Assembly (NCBI GenBank): GCA_900322215.1
Contig: ONYW01000006.1
Location: 8,304 to 72,303, forward strand
Direction of reading: 5' to 3'
Origin: an uncultured Eubacteriales bacterium
Lineage (GTDB): Bacteria > Bacillota > Clostridia > Christensenellales > CAG-917
Length of the DNA: 64,000 bases
Positions 18,065 through 26,529 of the stretch are shown here, in pieces; the first letter of the stretch is position 1; each line of letters begins with the position of its first letter. Both the position numbers and the translations under genes were made by a program. The notes below the pieces were generated by a model that worked only from the letters and a program-made list of their open reading frames with translations, was not told where the DNA came from and ran no database searches.

Positions 18065-18787
18065 TTATTTAGTGACGAGATAGAGTCTCAAAGTCTCGTC
18101 GACCTTTTCGATTTCTTTCGCGCAAAGGTTATCTCCCGCAAGCGAGCGTTTGAGCCCGAGCCAAATCGCCTTTATCATGAGCGAATCCCTTGCGTCAAGC
18201 GCGACGGAAAAGCCCTCGAGCATAACGGACAAATCCTTTCTCTCGTCGTCGGACAAGTCGGCGATTTGAACGGCTTTTGCCATGTTCACGAGCAAATATT
18301 CCACCTGCTCCGTAAGTCCGCTCGGCGCAAACTCCACCGTATGCGAGATTTCGGGCGCTTCTTCCCTTATGCCCTCGACGACGTAGTTTACGATAGCGAG
18401 TTTGAAAGGTTCTAGAAGTTTCACGCAAAGCGCGTCAAAACTCTCCTGTTTCGTCTCCGCCGGGAAGAAAGATGTGGCAAACGAGAGAATATCCATAACT
18501 CCCGCGTCAAACTCTACGAGCATATTCGCGACAAGCGCCACGAGCGTCTTTTGATTTTTCGGCAGGCGCAAGATATTGCTGTCGCCGAGCGTCGTGAGTG
18601 CTCTTCGCTTTTCGGATTCGTAGTCAAAATTCTTGTTGCAATAGGTGAGCACCGTGCGAAATTCCTCATAATATGCGAGGCATTTAAGCACGTTTCTGAG
18701 TTTCTTGTCAACGAAGATCAAGTTTGCGTTTCGGACGTCCTCTATCGCGCAAACGAGCGCTTGGACGCCTTCTTTGTCGTATGCCAT
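18065..18787 (-). CDS. Hypothetical all-helical cytoplasmic protein (no family assigned)
   Basis: 240-aa ORF with RBS AAAGGAG and promoter TTGAAA-17-TATATT upstream. I recognise no motif. Confidence 0.6.
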   Translation of the reverse strand: MAYDKEGVQALVCAIEDVRNANLIFVDKKLRNVLKCLAYYEEFRTVLTYCNKNFDYESEKRRALTTLGDSNILRLPKNQKTLVALVANMLVEFDAGVMDILSFATSFFPAETKQESFDALCVKLLEPFKLAIVNYVVEGIREEAPEISHTVEFAPSGLTEQVEYLLVNMAKAVQIADLSDDERKDLSVMLEGFSVALDARDSLMIKAIWLGLKRSLAGDNLCAKEIEKVDETLRLYLVTK

Positions 18788-18919
18788 AACACACTCCTTT
18801 GGAGCTTATATAAAAAATATATCATAGCAAAAGAATAATTTCAAGATGAAAATGTGCAAATATAATATAAGTTTTCTTAAAAACCGTAAAGATTTTGCTC
18901 GTATTTCGCAAAACTTGAC

Positions 18920-19663
18920 TCAAATTATGATTTTCACTTCGCCGCTATCAAGCGTATGCTCCTTGCCTTGCCCGTCCGTAACGATAAGACGGCAGTCTCC
19001 GTCCAAATCCTTTACGAGCGCTTTATACTCGCTTCCGTCGTTTGAAAGGACTGTGACTTTTCTTCCTAAAAGCATACAAAGCGACCTGTACTCGGAAACT
19101 ATTTTTTGCTTATCAAAATTCAAGTACAGTTCCGCAAAATTGTGCAAAATCGCTTTCAGCAACTTTTCTTTCGTATCCTTGCCCTGCACGGTCACGCCGC
19201 AGGCGAGGTCTTGCACTTCTTTCGGGACGCTTCCAATATTCACGCCGATGCCGACTATCGCAAAACCCGCAAGGTTTTGAGTGGTCTCGGTGAGTATACC
19301 GCAACACTTTTTGCCGTCTATATAGACGTCGTTCACCCATTTGACGAGCGCGTCGTCCCCCGTCGTCTCCCGCACCGCTTTTGCGACCGCAACTGCCGAA
19401 AGGACGGTGAGCGCGTTTTTCACCTCGTCGGATTTCGGCGAGACAAGGATGCTGAAATACAGCCCTCCCCGCGGAGAGAAAAACGTCCTGCCGAGCCTGC
19501 CCTTGCCCTTTGTTTGCACGTCCGACACAAGCACAAAACCCTCTCTCGCCTGCCTTGTTGAGAGAGTTTTCAGCGCGTCGTTGGTGGAAGAGATTCTTTT
19601 CACGTGTTTTACGACGAAGAATCCGTCCTCTAAATATCTTTTTCTCGCAAGGATAAAACTCAT
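18920..19663 (-). CDS. birA: Biotin-[acetyl-CoA-carboxylase] ligase, group I (no HTH domain)
   Basis: KGKGRLGRTFFSPRGGLYFS ligase motif. ATG 19663 sits 6 nt downstream of a consensus promoter, so the mRNA may be leaderless. The alternative GTG 19708 overlaps the upstream stop. Confidence 0.8.
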   Translation of the reverse strand: MSFILARKRYLEDGFFVVKHVKRISSTNDALKTLSTRQAREGFVLVSDVQTKGKGRLGRTFFSPRGGLYFSILVSPKSDEVKNALTVLSAVAVAKAVRETTGDDALVKWVNDVYIDGKKCCGILTETTQNLAGFAIVGIGVNIGSVPKEVQDLACGVTVQGKDTKEKLLKAILHNFAELYLNFDKQKIVSEYRSLCMLLGRKVTVLSNDGSEYKALVKDLDGDCRLIVTDGQGKEHTLDSGEVKIII

Positions 19664-19669
19664 GTATCT

Positions 19670-19698
19670 ATTATAGCACGAGCGCGCGTCGTTTTCAA
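19670..19698 (-). promoter_or_regulatory. Consensus promoter inside the 3' end of the ZIP gene, driving leaderless birA
   Basis: Minus strand: TTGAAA - 17 nt - TATAAT - 6 nt - ATG(19663). Confidence 0.6.
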
Positions 19699-19704
19699 CA
19701 AAAC

Positions 19705-20541
19705 TCACAACAAAACGGAGAGTACGAGCGCAATCGCCACGCCGAAGAAAAAGGATACGGCGTGGAATTTGCCCGAAATCTTTGTCGCGGACGGCAGGAG
19801 TTCAAAACAGGCGACGTACAGCATAACTCCCGCTGCAAAGCCGAGCGACAACCCCGACGCAAGAGGACTCGCCTCGCCGAGTATCGCTCCTATCACCCCG
19901 CCGACAAGCGTCGTGCTTCCCGCCAAAAAAGCAAGCAAAACGGCAGGGAGAGGTTTTGTTCCTCCTCCGACAAGCGGGGCGGTTATCGCCATGCCCTCGG
20001 GGACGTTGTGAATGCCTATGATGACCGTCACAAGCACACCCATTTTCAGGTTCGCCGCTCCGCTCGCGCCTATCGCCATACCCTCGGGTATGTTGTGAAG
20101 CGCAATCGCAAAAAGCGCGGCAAGTCCCGCTTGTTTCAAATGTCTTTTCAGCCTCTCGAAGTCTTGAACTTCCACCTCTTGCAAAGAGGGCCCCCGCTCT
20201 CTCTCGCAACGGAGAGAAGTGGCGGGTTTTTCGCCGCCCGACTTTCCTCTTTGCCGTCTTTCTTTGACTCGTGACGCAACCGCTTCGACCATGCCTGCGA
20301 GCGCGACGGTAACAAGCGCGCAACAGGTCGCGATAAGCGCGCCGAACTTTGTCACACTCTTGCAACACGACACCGCTTCCGGCAGCATTTCAAAGGCGAC
20401 GACTCCGAGCATAATCCCGCCTGCCAAGGAGAGCGCGTCGCTCGTCTCCCTCTTTCCCTTGCAGGATACGCCCAAGATTCCGCCTATACCCGTGCCGATA
20501 ATGCCCGCAGCCGCCGACAAAAGTATATTCAGCCAATTCAT
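19705..20541 (-). CDS. ZIP-family divalent metal transporter (ZupT-like)
   Basis: HNIPEGMAIG and HNVPEGMAI motifs. ZupT-like N-terminus MNWLNILLSAAAGIIGTGIGG at ATG 20541; the track start at 20631 would overlap the divergent gene. Confidence 0.8.
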   Translation of the reverse strand: MNWLNILLSAAAGIIGTGIGGILGVSCKGKRETSDALSLAGGIMLGVVAFEMLPEAVSCCKSVTKFGALIATCCALVTVALAGMVEAVASRVKERRQRGKSGGEKPATSLRCERERGPSLQEVEVQDFERLKRHLKQAGLAALFAIALHNIPEGMAIGASGAANLKMGVLVTVIIGIHNVPEGMAITAPLVGGGTKPLPAVLLAFLAGSTTLVGGVIGAILGEASPLASGLSLGFAAGVMLYVACFELLPSATKISGKFHAVSFFFGVAIALVLSVLL

Positions 20542-20595
20542 ACGAAAAATGTATGCCGTACGGCTCAAAAATATTTTGCTGCGCATACTATAAGT

Positions 20596-21426
20596 ATGAA
20601 AAGGGATTTTATCGTCAAAATGCTCGGGCAAGCCGTGCTTGCCCTGCTCGTATGCTTTGTTGGAGTGACTATGAAAAACGACGCAAAAGTATCCTTCGCG
20701 GAAGAGGCAAAAGTCGGTCTCATCGCAAGGTTTTGCACCTATTACGGCGACAGTAGCGAAAACAGAAAGTCAAACGTAGAACTCGCCTGCCGCAAAATAA
20801 ACGGGCTCATCCTGTACCCGGAGGAAGAATTTTCTTTCAACGGACAAGTGGGAGAACGCACGGTGGCAAACGGATTCAAAACCGCGTATATAATCTCGGA
20901 CGGCGACTTTGTCGAAGGCGTCGGCGGGGGCGTGTGCCAAGTGTCTTCCACCCTTTACAACTGCGCCTTGCTTGCAGATCTTGCAATAACTTGCGCGAAT
21001 CCCCACTCTCTTCCCGTCTCGTACGTCGCCCCGTCCTTTGACGCTATGGTGTCGTCGGGGAGCGACTTCCGCTTTGTCAACACGCTCTCCGCACCGATAA
21101 AAATCGTGATGTCGGCAAACGGCAGGGATTTGACGGCGGAGATCTACGGAGTGGACAAAACGACGATAAAGCGACGTTCGGTTACGCTTGAACAAATCCC
21201 GTTCGAGACGATAGAAAAGGAGAGTGAGGACGTGCCTTTTGGCGAACAAATCGTGGACACTACGGGCAAAAACGGCATAAAGTCGCAAGGGTATCTCGAC
21301 TACTACAAGGACGGCAAACTCACAAAATCCGTCCTTATCCGCTCCGACTACTACGCCCCTCAAAAGCGCGTGATTTTGATTCCTCCAAAGCAAACACCGC
21401 CGACAGCAATGCAAATTGAAAACTAA
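20596..21426 (+). CDS. VanW-domain protein with C-terminal G5-like domain
   Basis: N-terminal TM anchor. GGGVCQVSSTLYNCAL VanW motif. C-terminal region resembles a G5 domain (..GKNGIKSQGYLDYYKDGKL..). Confidence 0.75.
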   Translation: MKRDFIVKMLGQAVLALLVCFVGVTMKNDAKVSFAEEAKVGLIARFCTYYGDSSENRKSNVELACRKINGLILYPEEEFSFNGQVGERTVANGFKTAYIISDGDFVEGVGGGVCQVSSTLYNCALLADLAITCANPHSLPVSYVAPSFDAMVSSGSDFRFVNTLSAPIKIVMSANGRDLTAEIYGVDKTTIKRRSVTLEQIPFETIEKESEDVPFGEQIVDTTGKNGIKSQGYLDYYKDGKLTKSVLIRSDYYAPQKRVILIPPKQTPPTAMQIEN

Positions 21427-21459
21427 TAACATACGGTTTACGACAATATTCAATTTAAC

Positions 21460-21490
21460 AAAAAAATCACCCGATTTCGGGTGATTTTTT
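21460..21490. terminator. Bidirectional rho-independent terminator
   Basis: A6-ATCACCCG-attt-CGGGTGAT-T6. Confidence 0.8.
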
Positions 21491-21500
21491 ACTGATTTTC

Positions 21501-21602
21501 GGTTGAATAGATGTATGACAAGGAAGGTGCGCACGCGAGCCACCCAGTGTACAAAAGCGTACACGGTGTGCGAGCGCACGCAAGGCTGACGCAGTCAGAC
21601 GC
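21501..21602. repeat. Long imperfect hairpin element abutting the gtrA-like stop codon (diverged member of the family at 61373 and 63672)
   Basis: Shares the apical CCCAGTGTACA-aaagc-GTACACGG hairpin with 61411-61437 and has degenerate versions of the flanking motifs. Confidence 0.65.
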
Positions 21603-22232
21603 TCAATCACTGCGTTTTTTTCGGAAGACGACGAACTTTTGCCATATAAACTCCAACACCAAATTATATGCCATGCAAGTGCCTTGCGCAATTATGAAAG
21701 CGAACGTGGAGAGTTCACCGCCGGTGGAGGCGAGAAGCGCTTTTTCTATCGTGTCGATATACCAAATTTGGAAAGGATAGAAAGGCACATAGAAAAGGAA
21801 TGCGAGGAGCATCGCGATAGGAATGTTGCCCGCGTCCTTGAAAGTGAATTTTCGGTTGAGAGTGAAGTTCCAAACAATCGAAAGTCCGAGACCTATAGTG
21901 TCTGCGATAAAAGTGATTTCGTTGAGTTCAACGATAAAGTGAATGGAGGCTTCCCTGTCGATAACGCGGTCGAGTAACGTGTGCAAAATGAGTGCGGATA
22001 CAAACTGAATCACGCCCGCCGACGCCGCGCACAAGAAATATTTGAGAGGTTGAAGCCACGCCTGTCTCTTTGCCTTGCGCTCTTTTTCCGCTCTTTCCTC
22101 TTCGGACAAATCCTCTACCCGCGCCGTTTGCGTTTGCTCGAGCGCGTCCTGAGTCGTTTGTTCCGTTTTGTCTTCGTTTGTTTGCTCATCTTCAAGAGAA
22201 GTCGACTCTTCTCCGACTTGTACTTTGCCCAT
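21603..22232 (-). CDS. GtrA-family membrane protein with acidic N-terminal extension
   Basis: WNFTLNRKFTF motif and four hydrophobic helices. RBS AGAGGGGGAAA. Confidence 0.75.
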   Translation of the reverse strand: MGKVQVGEESTSLEDEQTNEDKTEQTTQDALEQTQTARVEDLSEEERAEKERKAKRQAWLQPLKYFLCAASAGVIQFVSALILHTLLDRVIDREASIHFIVELNEITFIADTIGLGLSIVWNFTLNRKFTFKDAGNIPIAMLLAFLFYVPFYPFQIWYIDTIEKALLASTGGELSTFAFIIAQGTCMAYNLVLEFIWQKFVVFRKKRSD

Positions 22233-22317
22233 AATTTCCCCCTCTTACGGACCTACTGATTATATTTTAGCACGGTGCCGAGGCAAGTCAAGAGGGGCAA
22301 AATAGACAAAGTTTGAA

Positions 22318-23919
22318 ATGTGTCGGGTTTTGCTTTCCCCGCCTATTGCAAATAATGTCGAAAATTGCAGTATAACGACTTTATTTTGCGGATTTGAATA
22401 TATAAACGTCGTATTCGTCAAAAATCTTTGCGTGAATATATCCGAGCTTGAAAACGAAATAAAACAAAATTTTTTCTTTTCCGACGACCTTGTGTGCCGT
22501 CCTATTTGCACGAGCGGAAAGAATGCGCTCGTCGTTTTTTTGGACGGCGGAGTGGACAAAACCCTGCTTGACAGGGACGTCATCGCACCGCTCGTAAGAG
22601 CAAAAAAAGAGCGGAGTGCAAATAGCGAAACAAGTGATGACTCCGCAGGGCAAGACGACAAAGACATCGCCTGTCAAAGCGAGATAGAGGCGATACTTAA
22701 AGCAAACACTTTCTATGCCGAAGGGTTTTCGGCAACCGATTTCAGATCCGTACCGCAAAGAGTCGCGGACGGAGACGTGGCGATAATCTTTGAAGACTGC
22801 GAGCATGCGTATATCTTTTCTATTCGCAGTCCCGAAAAGCGCGCTACGACGGAACCGCCGACGGAGAGCGTGATGAAAGGACCTCGCGAGGGGTTTATCG
22901 AAGAGATAAAGTCAAATTTGTCCCTCGTTCGCAGGAGAATAAAATCCCCCGCGCTCACAGTCAAGATGCTGAAAGTCGGCAAGTACTCGCAAACGTCCGT
23001 CGCCGTGCTGCACTTAAGCGGAGTGGCGGACGAGCACGTCGTCAAGGAGATCACGGACAAAATCTCGTCAATTGACATAGACGGCGTGATAGACAGCGCA
23101 TACGTCCTTTCCTACCTGCGCCCGCAAAAGCACTCGTTCTTTTTGCAAGCGGGGTCGTCTGAAAAACCCGACGTCGTATCCGCAAAACTTTTGGAAGGAC
23201 GAGTAGCCGTCCTCGTTGACGGCTCGCCTATCGTCATCACCCTGCCCTACCTCATGTTCGAGGACGTGCAGGACGGCTACGACTACTATTCGGAAGACTG
23301 GCGCGCCTCAATAATACGCCTTTTCCGCCTATTCGGCGCGCTTATGACGGTGATACTCCCCGGCGCATACGTCGCGCTTCAAACCTACCACTTTCAACTG
23401 CTACCTCTCAAGTTTTTGACGACGCTGCTAGCCGCGACAAACGGCATACCCTTCCCGCCCGCCATAGAAATGCTTATCGTCCTCGCACTGTTCGAGATCT
23501 TAAACCAAGCGTCCATTCGTATGCCGAGGTATTTCGGCATATCTCTCTCCGTCGTCGGCGCGATAGTGCTTGGAGATACTGCGGTAAAATCCGGGCTCAT
23601 ATCCTCGCCGTCCGTGCTTGTCATAGCGCTGTCGGCGATAGGCATATTTTGCGTGCCGGATCAAGTGGGCGTCATGTCAATACTAAGACTTCTTTTCCTG
23701 CTCGTCAGCGCGGTGCTCGGATTTGTCGGCATCGTGATACTCCTCATCGTCATAATCGCGTATCTTGCAGGGCTTGACAACTACGGCACGCCGTACCTTG
23801 CGCCTTACGCTCCGCGAATAAACCCCGATCTCAAAGACGGCTTCCTCAAAGTCGCCACAACGGGCATGGACACCCGCCCGTACTCTATCCCTACGAGCAA
23901 CCGCACGAGGCAAAAATGA
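22318..23919 (+). CDS. Spore germination protein, GerA(A) family
   Basis: TTEPPTESVMKGPREGFIEEIKSNLSLVRRRI and a C-terminal membrane domain are typical of GerAA/KA. The start is uncertain: no clear RBS, and GTG 22430 is possible. Confidence 0.8.
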   Translation: MCRVLLSPPIANNVENCSITTLFCGFEYINVVFVKNLCVNISELENEIKQNFFFSDDLVCRPICTSGKNALVVFLDGGVDKTLLDRDVIAPLVRAKKERSANSETSDDSAGQDDKDIACQSEIEAILKANTFYAEGFSATDFRSVPQRVADGDVAIIFEDCEHAYIFSIRSPEKRATTEPPTESVMKGPREGFIEEIKSNLSLVRRRIKSPALTVKMLKVGKYSQTSVAVLHLSGVADEHVVKEITDKISSIDIDGVIDSAYVLSYLRPQKHSFFLQAGSSEKPDVVSAKLLEGRVAVLVDGSPIVITLPYLMFEDVQDGYDYYSEDWRASIIRLFRLFGALMTVILPGAYVALQTYHFQLLPLKFLTTLLAATNGIPFPPAIEMLIVLALFEILNQASIRMPRYFGISLSVVGAIVLGDTAVKSGLISSPSVLVIALSAIGIFCVPDQVGVMSILRLLFLLVSAVLGFVGIVILLIVIIAYLAGLDNYGTPYLAPYAPRINPDLKDGFLKVATTGMDTRPYSIPTSNRTRQK

Positions 23920-25112
23920 AAACTCACACGCACGGTATATACAAAAATCTGGACGGAGACACCGTCTTCAACTCACAGGCGGCGACGCTCATATTCATGT
24001 GCGGAATAGCCTTCAAACTCTCCGCCGCTCCGCAAATGCTGTCCGAAGAGTTCGGCTCGTCCGCCTTTTGGGTGTTCTTGTGCTATTCGCTCATAGACTC
24101 CGCCCTGTGCCTGCTCGTTCTTCTTTTTTCAAAGCGGAACGGCGACGCGCTTCTTACGGCGACAAACAACGCCTTGTACAGGACGATATGCCTCGTCATC
24201 GCCGTCTTTTTGACGGCAAAAGGAGTGTTTCACTTTTGCTACTGCACGTCCTACCTTACGCACGAATTGTTCGAGGGGCTCGAACCGTCGCTCATCTACC
24301 TATTGTTTTTGCTCCCTATCGTCTACCTCGGCGCAAAGGGCATACGCTCTATATCGCGAAGCGCGGAGATCCTCTTTGCGGTGGTATTTCTCATGCTTGC
24401 GCTGAACCTCGTGTTTTTGAATACGAAAATGGATTTTTCGCGCGTGTTGCCCGTCCTATCAAAAGAACCGAGCGAAATCGCGGTCGGCTTTCCGCGCTAC
24501 GGAATTTGGATGTGTGACTGGCTGCCGTTTGCCTTCATTCGGATAAAGAACAAAAAACTGCCGTATATCACGGTGAGCGTCGCGGGCACTTTCGTGCTTA
24601 TTAATCTCATAATGCTGCTCGGAGTCGCGATATACGGTGACGCGCTCAAGACAGTCACGGATCTGCTCATTAGGATCGCAGGCTTCAACCAACTGTCAAG
24701 GGACATAGGAAGAACCGAGTGGGGCAATCTTTTGCTCGTCATCACGACGTCCATCATGTCGCTTGCGTTCTCATACTTCGGGGCGATAACCGCCTGCAAG
24801 CGGGCGACAAAGACGAGTCTCCCCGCAAAAATCGTATACCCCGTCTCGATAATTCTTGCAATAATGCTCGTGCCCTCCTCGCAAATCGTAACCGATTTCG
24901 CCGTGCAAAGGTGCGGATACGTCTTGTTCGGCATTGCAATTTGCCTGCCGATACTGCTGCATATAACGCTCATCGCGGAACGCAGGAGATACCCGTCCGT
25001 TCAAAAACTCCTCGACGAGGAATATTCCGCGCAAGGGAGAAAAAACACGAGCGGAGACGGCTCTATGCTCAGCGGTTTCAAACAAAACGAGTCGACGACT
25101 TCGACTGTATAG
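23916..25112 (+). CDS. Spore germination permease, GerA(B) family (APC-like)
   Basis: 398-aa polytopic protein. ATGA overlap with the gerAA-type gene. Confidence 0.8.
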   Translation: MKTHTHGIYKNLDGDTVFNSQAATLIFMCGIAFKLSAAPQMLSEEFGSSAFWVFLCYSLIDSALCLLVLLFSKRNGDALLTATNNALYRTICLVIAVFLTAKGVFHFCYCTSYLTHELFEGLEPSLIYLLFLLPIVYLGAKGIRSISRSAEILFAVVFLMLALNLVFLNTKMDFSRVLPVLSKEPSEIAVGFPRYGIWMCDWLPFAFIRIKNKKLPYITVSVAGTFVLINLIMLLGVAIYGDALKTVTDLLIRIAGFNQLSRDIGRTEWGNLLLVITTSIMSLAFSYFGAITACKRATKTSLPAKIVYPVSIILAIMLVPSSQIVTDFAVQRCGYVLFGIAICLPILLHITLIAERRRYPSVQKLLDEEYSAQGRKNTSGDGSMLSGFKQNESTTSTV

Positions 25113-26282
25113 GTGATTATGTCTTCAAAAAAACTAAACGTCTCAAAATCCTTAATATATTCAAAGTGGGCGGTGATAGTGCTCGTCGCGGTCGTCCTCG
25201 TCATATACGGCAGAACGGTCAAAAGCCCGACGCTTACAAAGACTCAAATCGTGCTCGGAGCAGGCATAGATTTCGACGTCGAAACGCGCGAGTTCGAGGT
25301 GACGACTCAGTCTACCATGGTGGCGTCGTCCTTTGGAGAATCCAACGCTCAAACCACCTACAACGTCTACTCCGCAAACGGCAAGACAGTTGCGGAGGCT
25401 CTCGACGTAATTTCGCGAAAAATAGGGTTAAACATATCGCTTGCACATTGTAATGTGCTTTTTCTGTCAAATACCGCACTTGCGATTGACCACATGCAAC
25501 TCTTCTATCCGCTGACGGGAATGTACTCTTTGCCCGAGCAGTCGATGATAGTCGCCTGTGCGATTCCGCCAAAAGAACTCCTTGCAAAGCGCATAGGATC
25601 GACCGTCTCATCCGCGCTCTTTTTGCAAAATTCTCTCTCAAATCAAGAGGGTGACGACGGCATGATAAGAACGACCGTCAAGGACTTTCTTTGCTCGTCG
25701 CTCTCCCGCAGTCACGCAAACGCTCTTCCCTACGTCGAAGTGCAAAAACTCGAATCCGAGCCTCAAAACGCGGATGGCGAAGTCAAAGACGCGTTTGAAC
25801 TCGTGCTGAGTCGCGCGCTCGTGACCGACAAGGAAAAGTCGTACGTGCTTGACGAGGACTTAAGCGAGATACTGTCTATATATCTGAGTTCCGACGTTAC
25901 GGGCTGTCTCAACTACACCTCGGACAAGGGCGAGAGCATAGAGTTTAAGGTGCTTAACGAAGACGTAAAACTGAGCGCGGACGGCAGGACCGTCTTTGCG
26001 GATATCAAAATCTCCGTCGACCTGCTCGACGTGCAATTTGTGGATAGCGACCGTATGCTCAACGGCGCGGACGAAATTGTGCAAACCGCTGCAAACGAAC
26101 TCGGAAAAATCTTGCAAAAACGACTCTTGGAACTGTTTGAAAAATCAAAGCAACTTGACATAGACTTCCTCGGCTTGCAGACAAAAGCATATCAAAGCGT
26201 CGGCAGGTCGCTCGAAGAAAACTGCTTGTCCACGCTCTCCTTCGTGCCGAGCGTAAAAATCGTAGTCTCGGAGACCGCATAG
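25113..26282 (+). CDS. Ger(x)C-family germination protein
   Basis: Third gene of the operon. N-terminal anchor followed by ..TQIVLGAGIDFD.. typical of Ger(x)C. The start is either GTG 25113 or ATG 25119. Confidence 0.75.
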   Translation: MIMSSKKLNVSKSLIYSKWAVIVLVAVVLVIYGRTVKSPTLTKTQIVLGAGIDFDVETREFEVTTQSTMVASSFGESNAQTTYNVYSANGKTVAEALDVISRKIGLNISLAHCNVLFLSNTALAIDHMQLFYPLTGMYSLPEQSMIVACAIPPKELLAKRIGSTVSSALFLQNSLSNQEGDDGMIRTTVKDFLCSSLSRSHANALPYVEVQKLESEPQNADGEVKDAFELVLSRALVTDKEKSYVLDEDLSEILSIYLSSDVTGCLNYTSDKGESIEFKVLNEDVKLSADGRTVFADIKISVDLLDVQFVDSDRMLNGADEIVQTAANELGKILQKRLLELFEKSKQLDIDFLGLQTKAYQSVGRSLEENCLSTLSFVPSVKIVVSETA

Positions 26283-26493
26283 CAAAAAAACCGCGCCCTG
26301 CATATAATACAACGGACTGTTGGAGCGAGTATGGAATATCTGTTGCCGGACGAAGCCACAATGAGACTTATGAACGAAGAATACGCGAAAATGGGAATCA
26401 AAAATGCAAGCATTTTTGCGTGTGAAAACAACGAAGTAACTCGCGCGGGCGAACGCTCACGCGCATTCTCTTTCAAAACACTTATTTTATTTC

Positions 26494-26522
26494 TTTACAT
26501 AATGAGGTTTTTGCGTTATAAT
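26494..26522 (+). promoter_or_regulatory. Promoter giving a leaderless transcript for the 26530 gene
   Basis: TTTACA - 17 nt - TATAAT - 7 nt - ATG(26530). No Shine-Dalgarno site. Confidence 0.55.
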
Positions 26523-26529
26523 TCAAATT

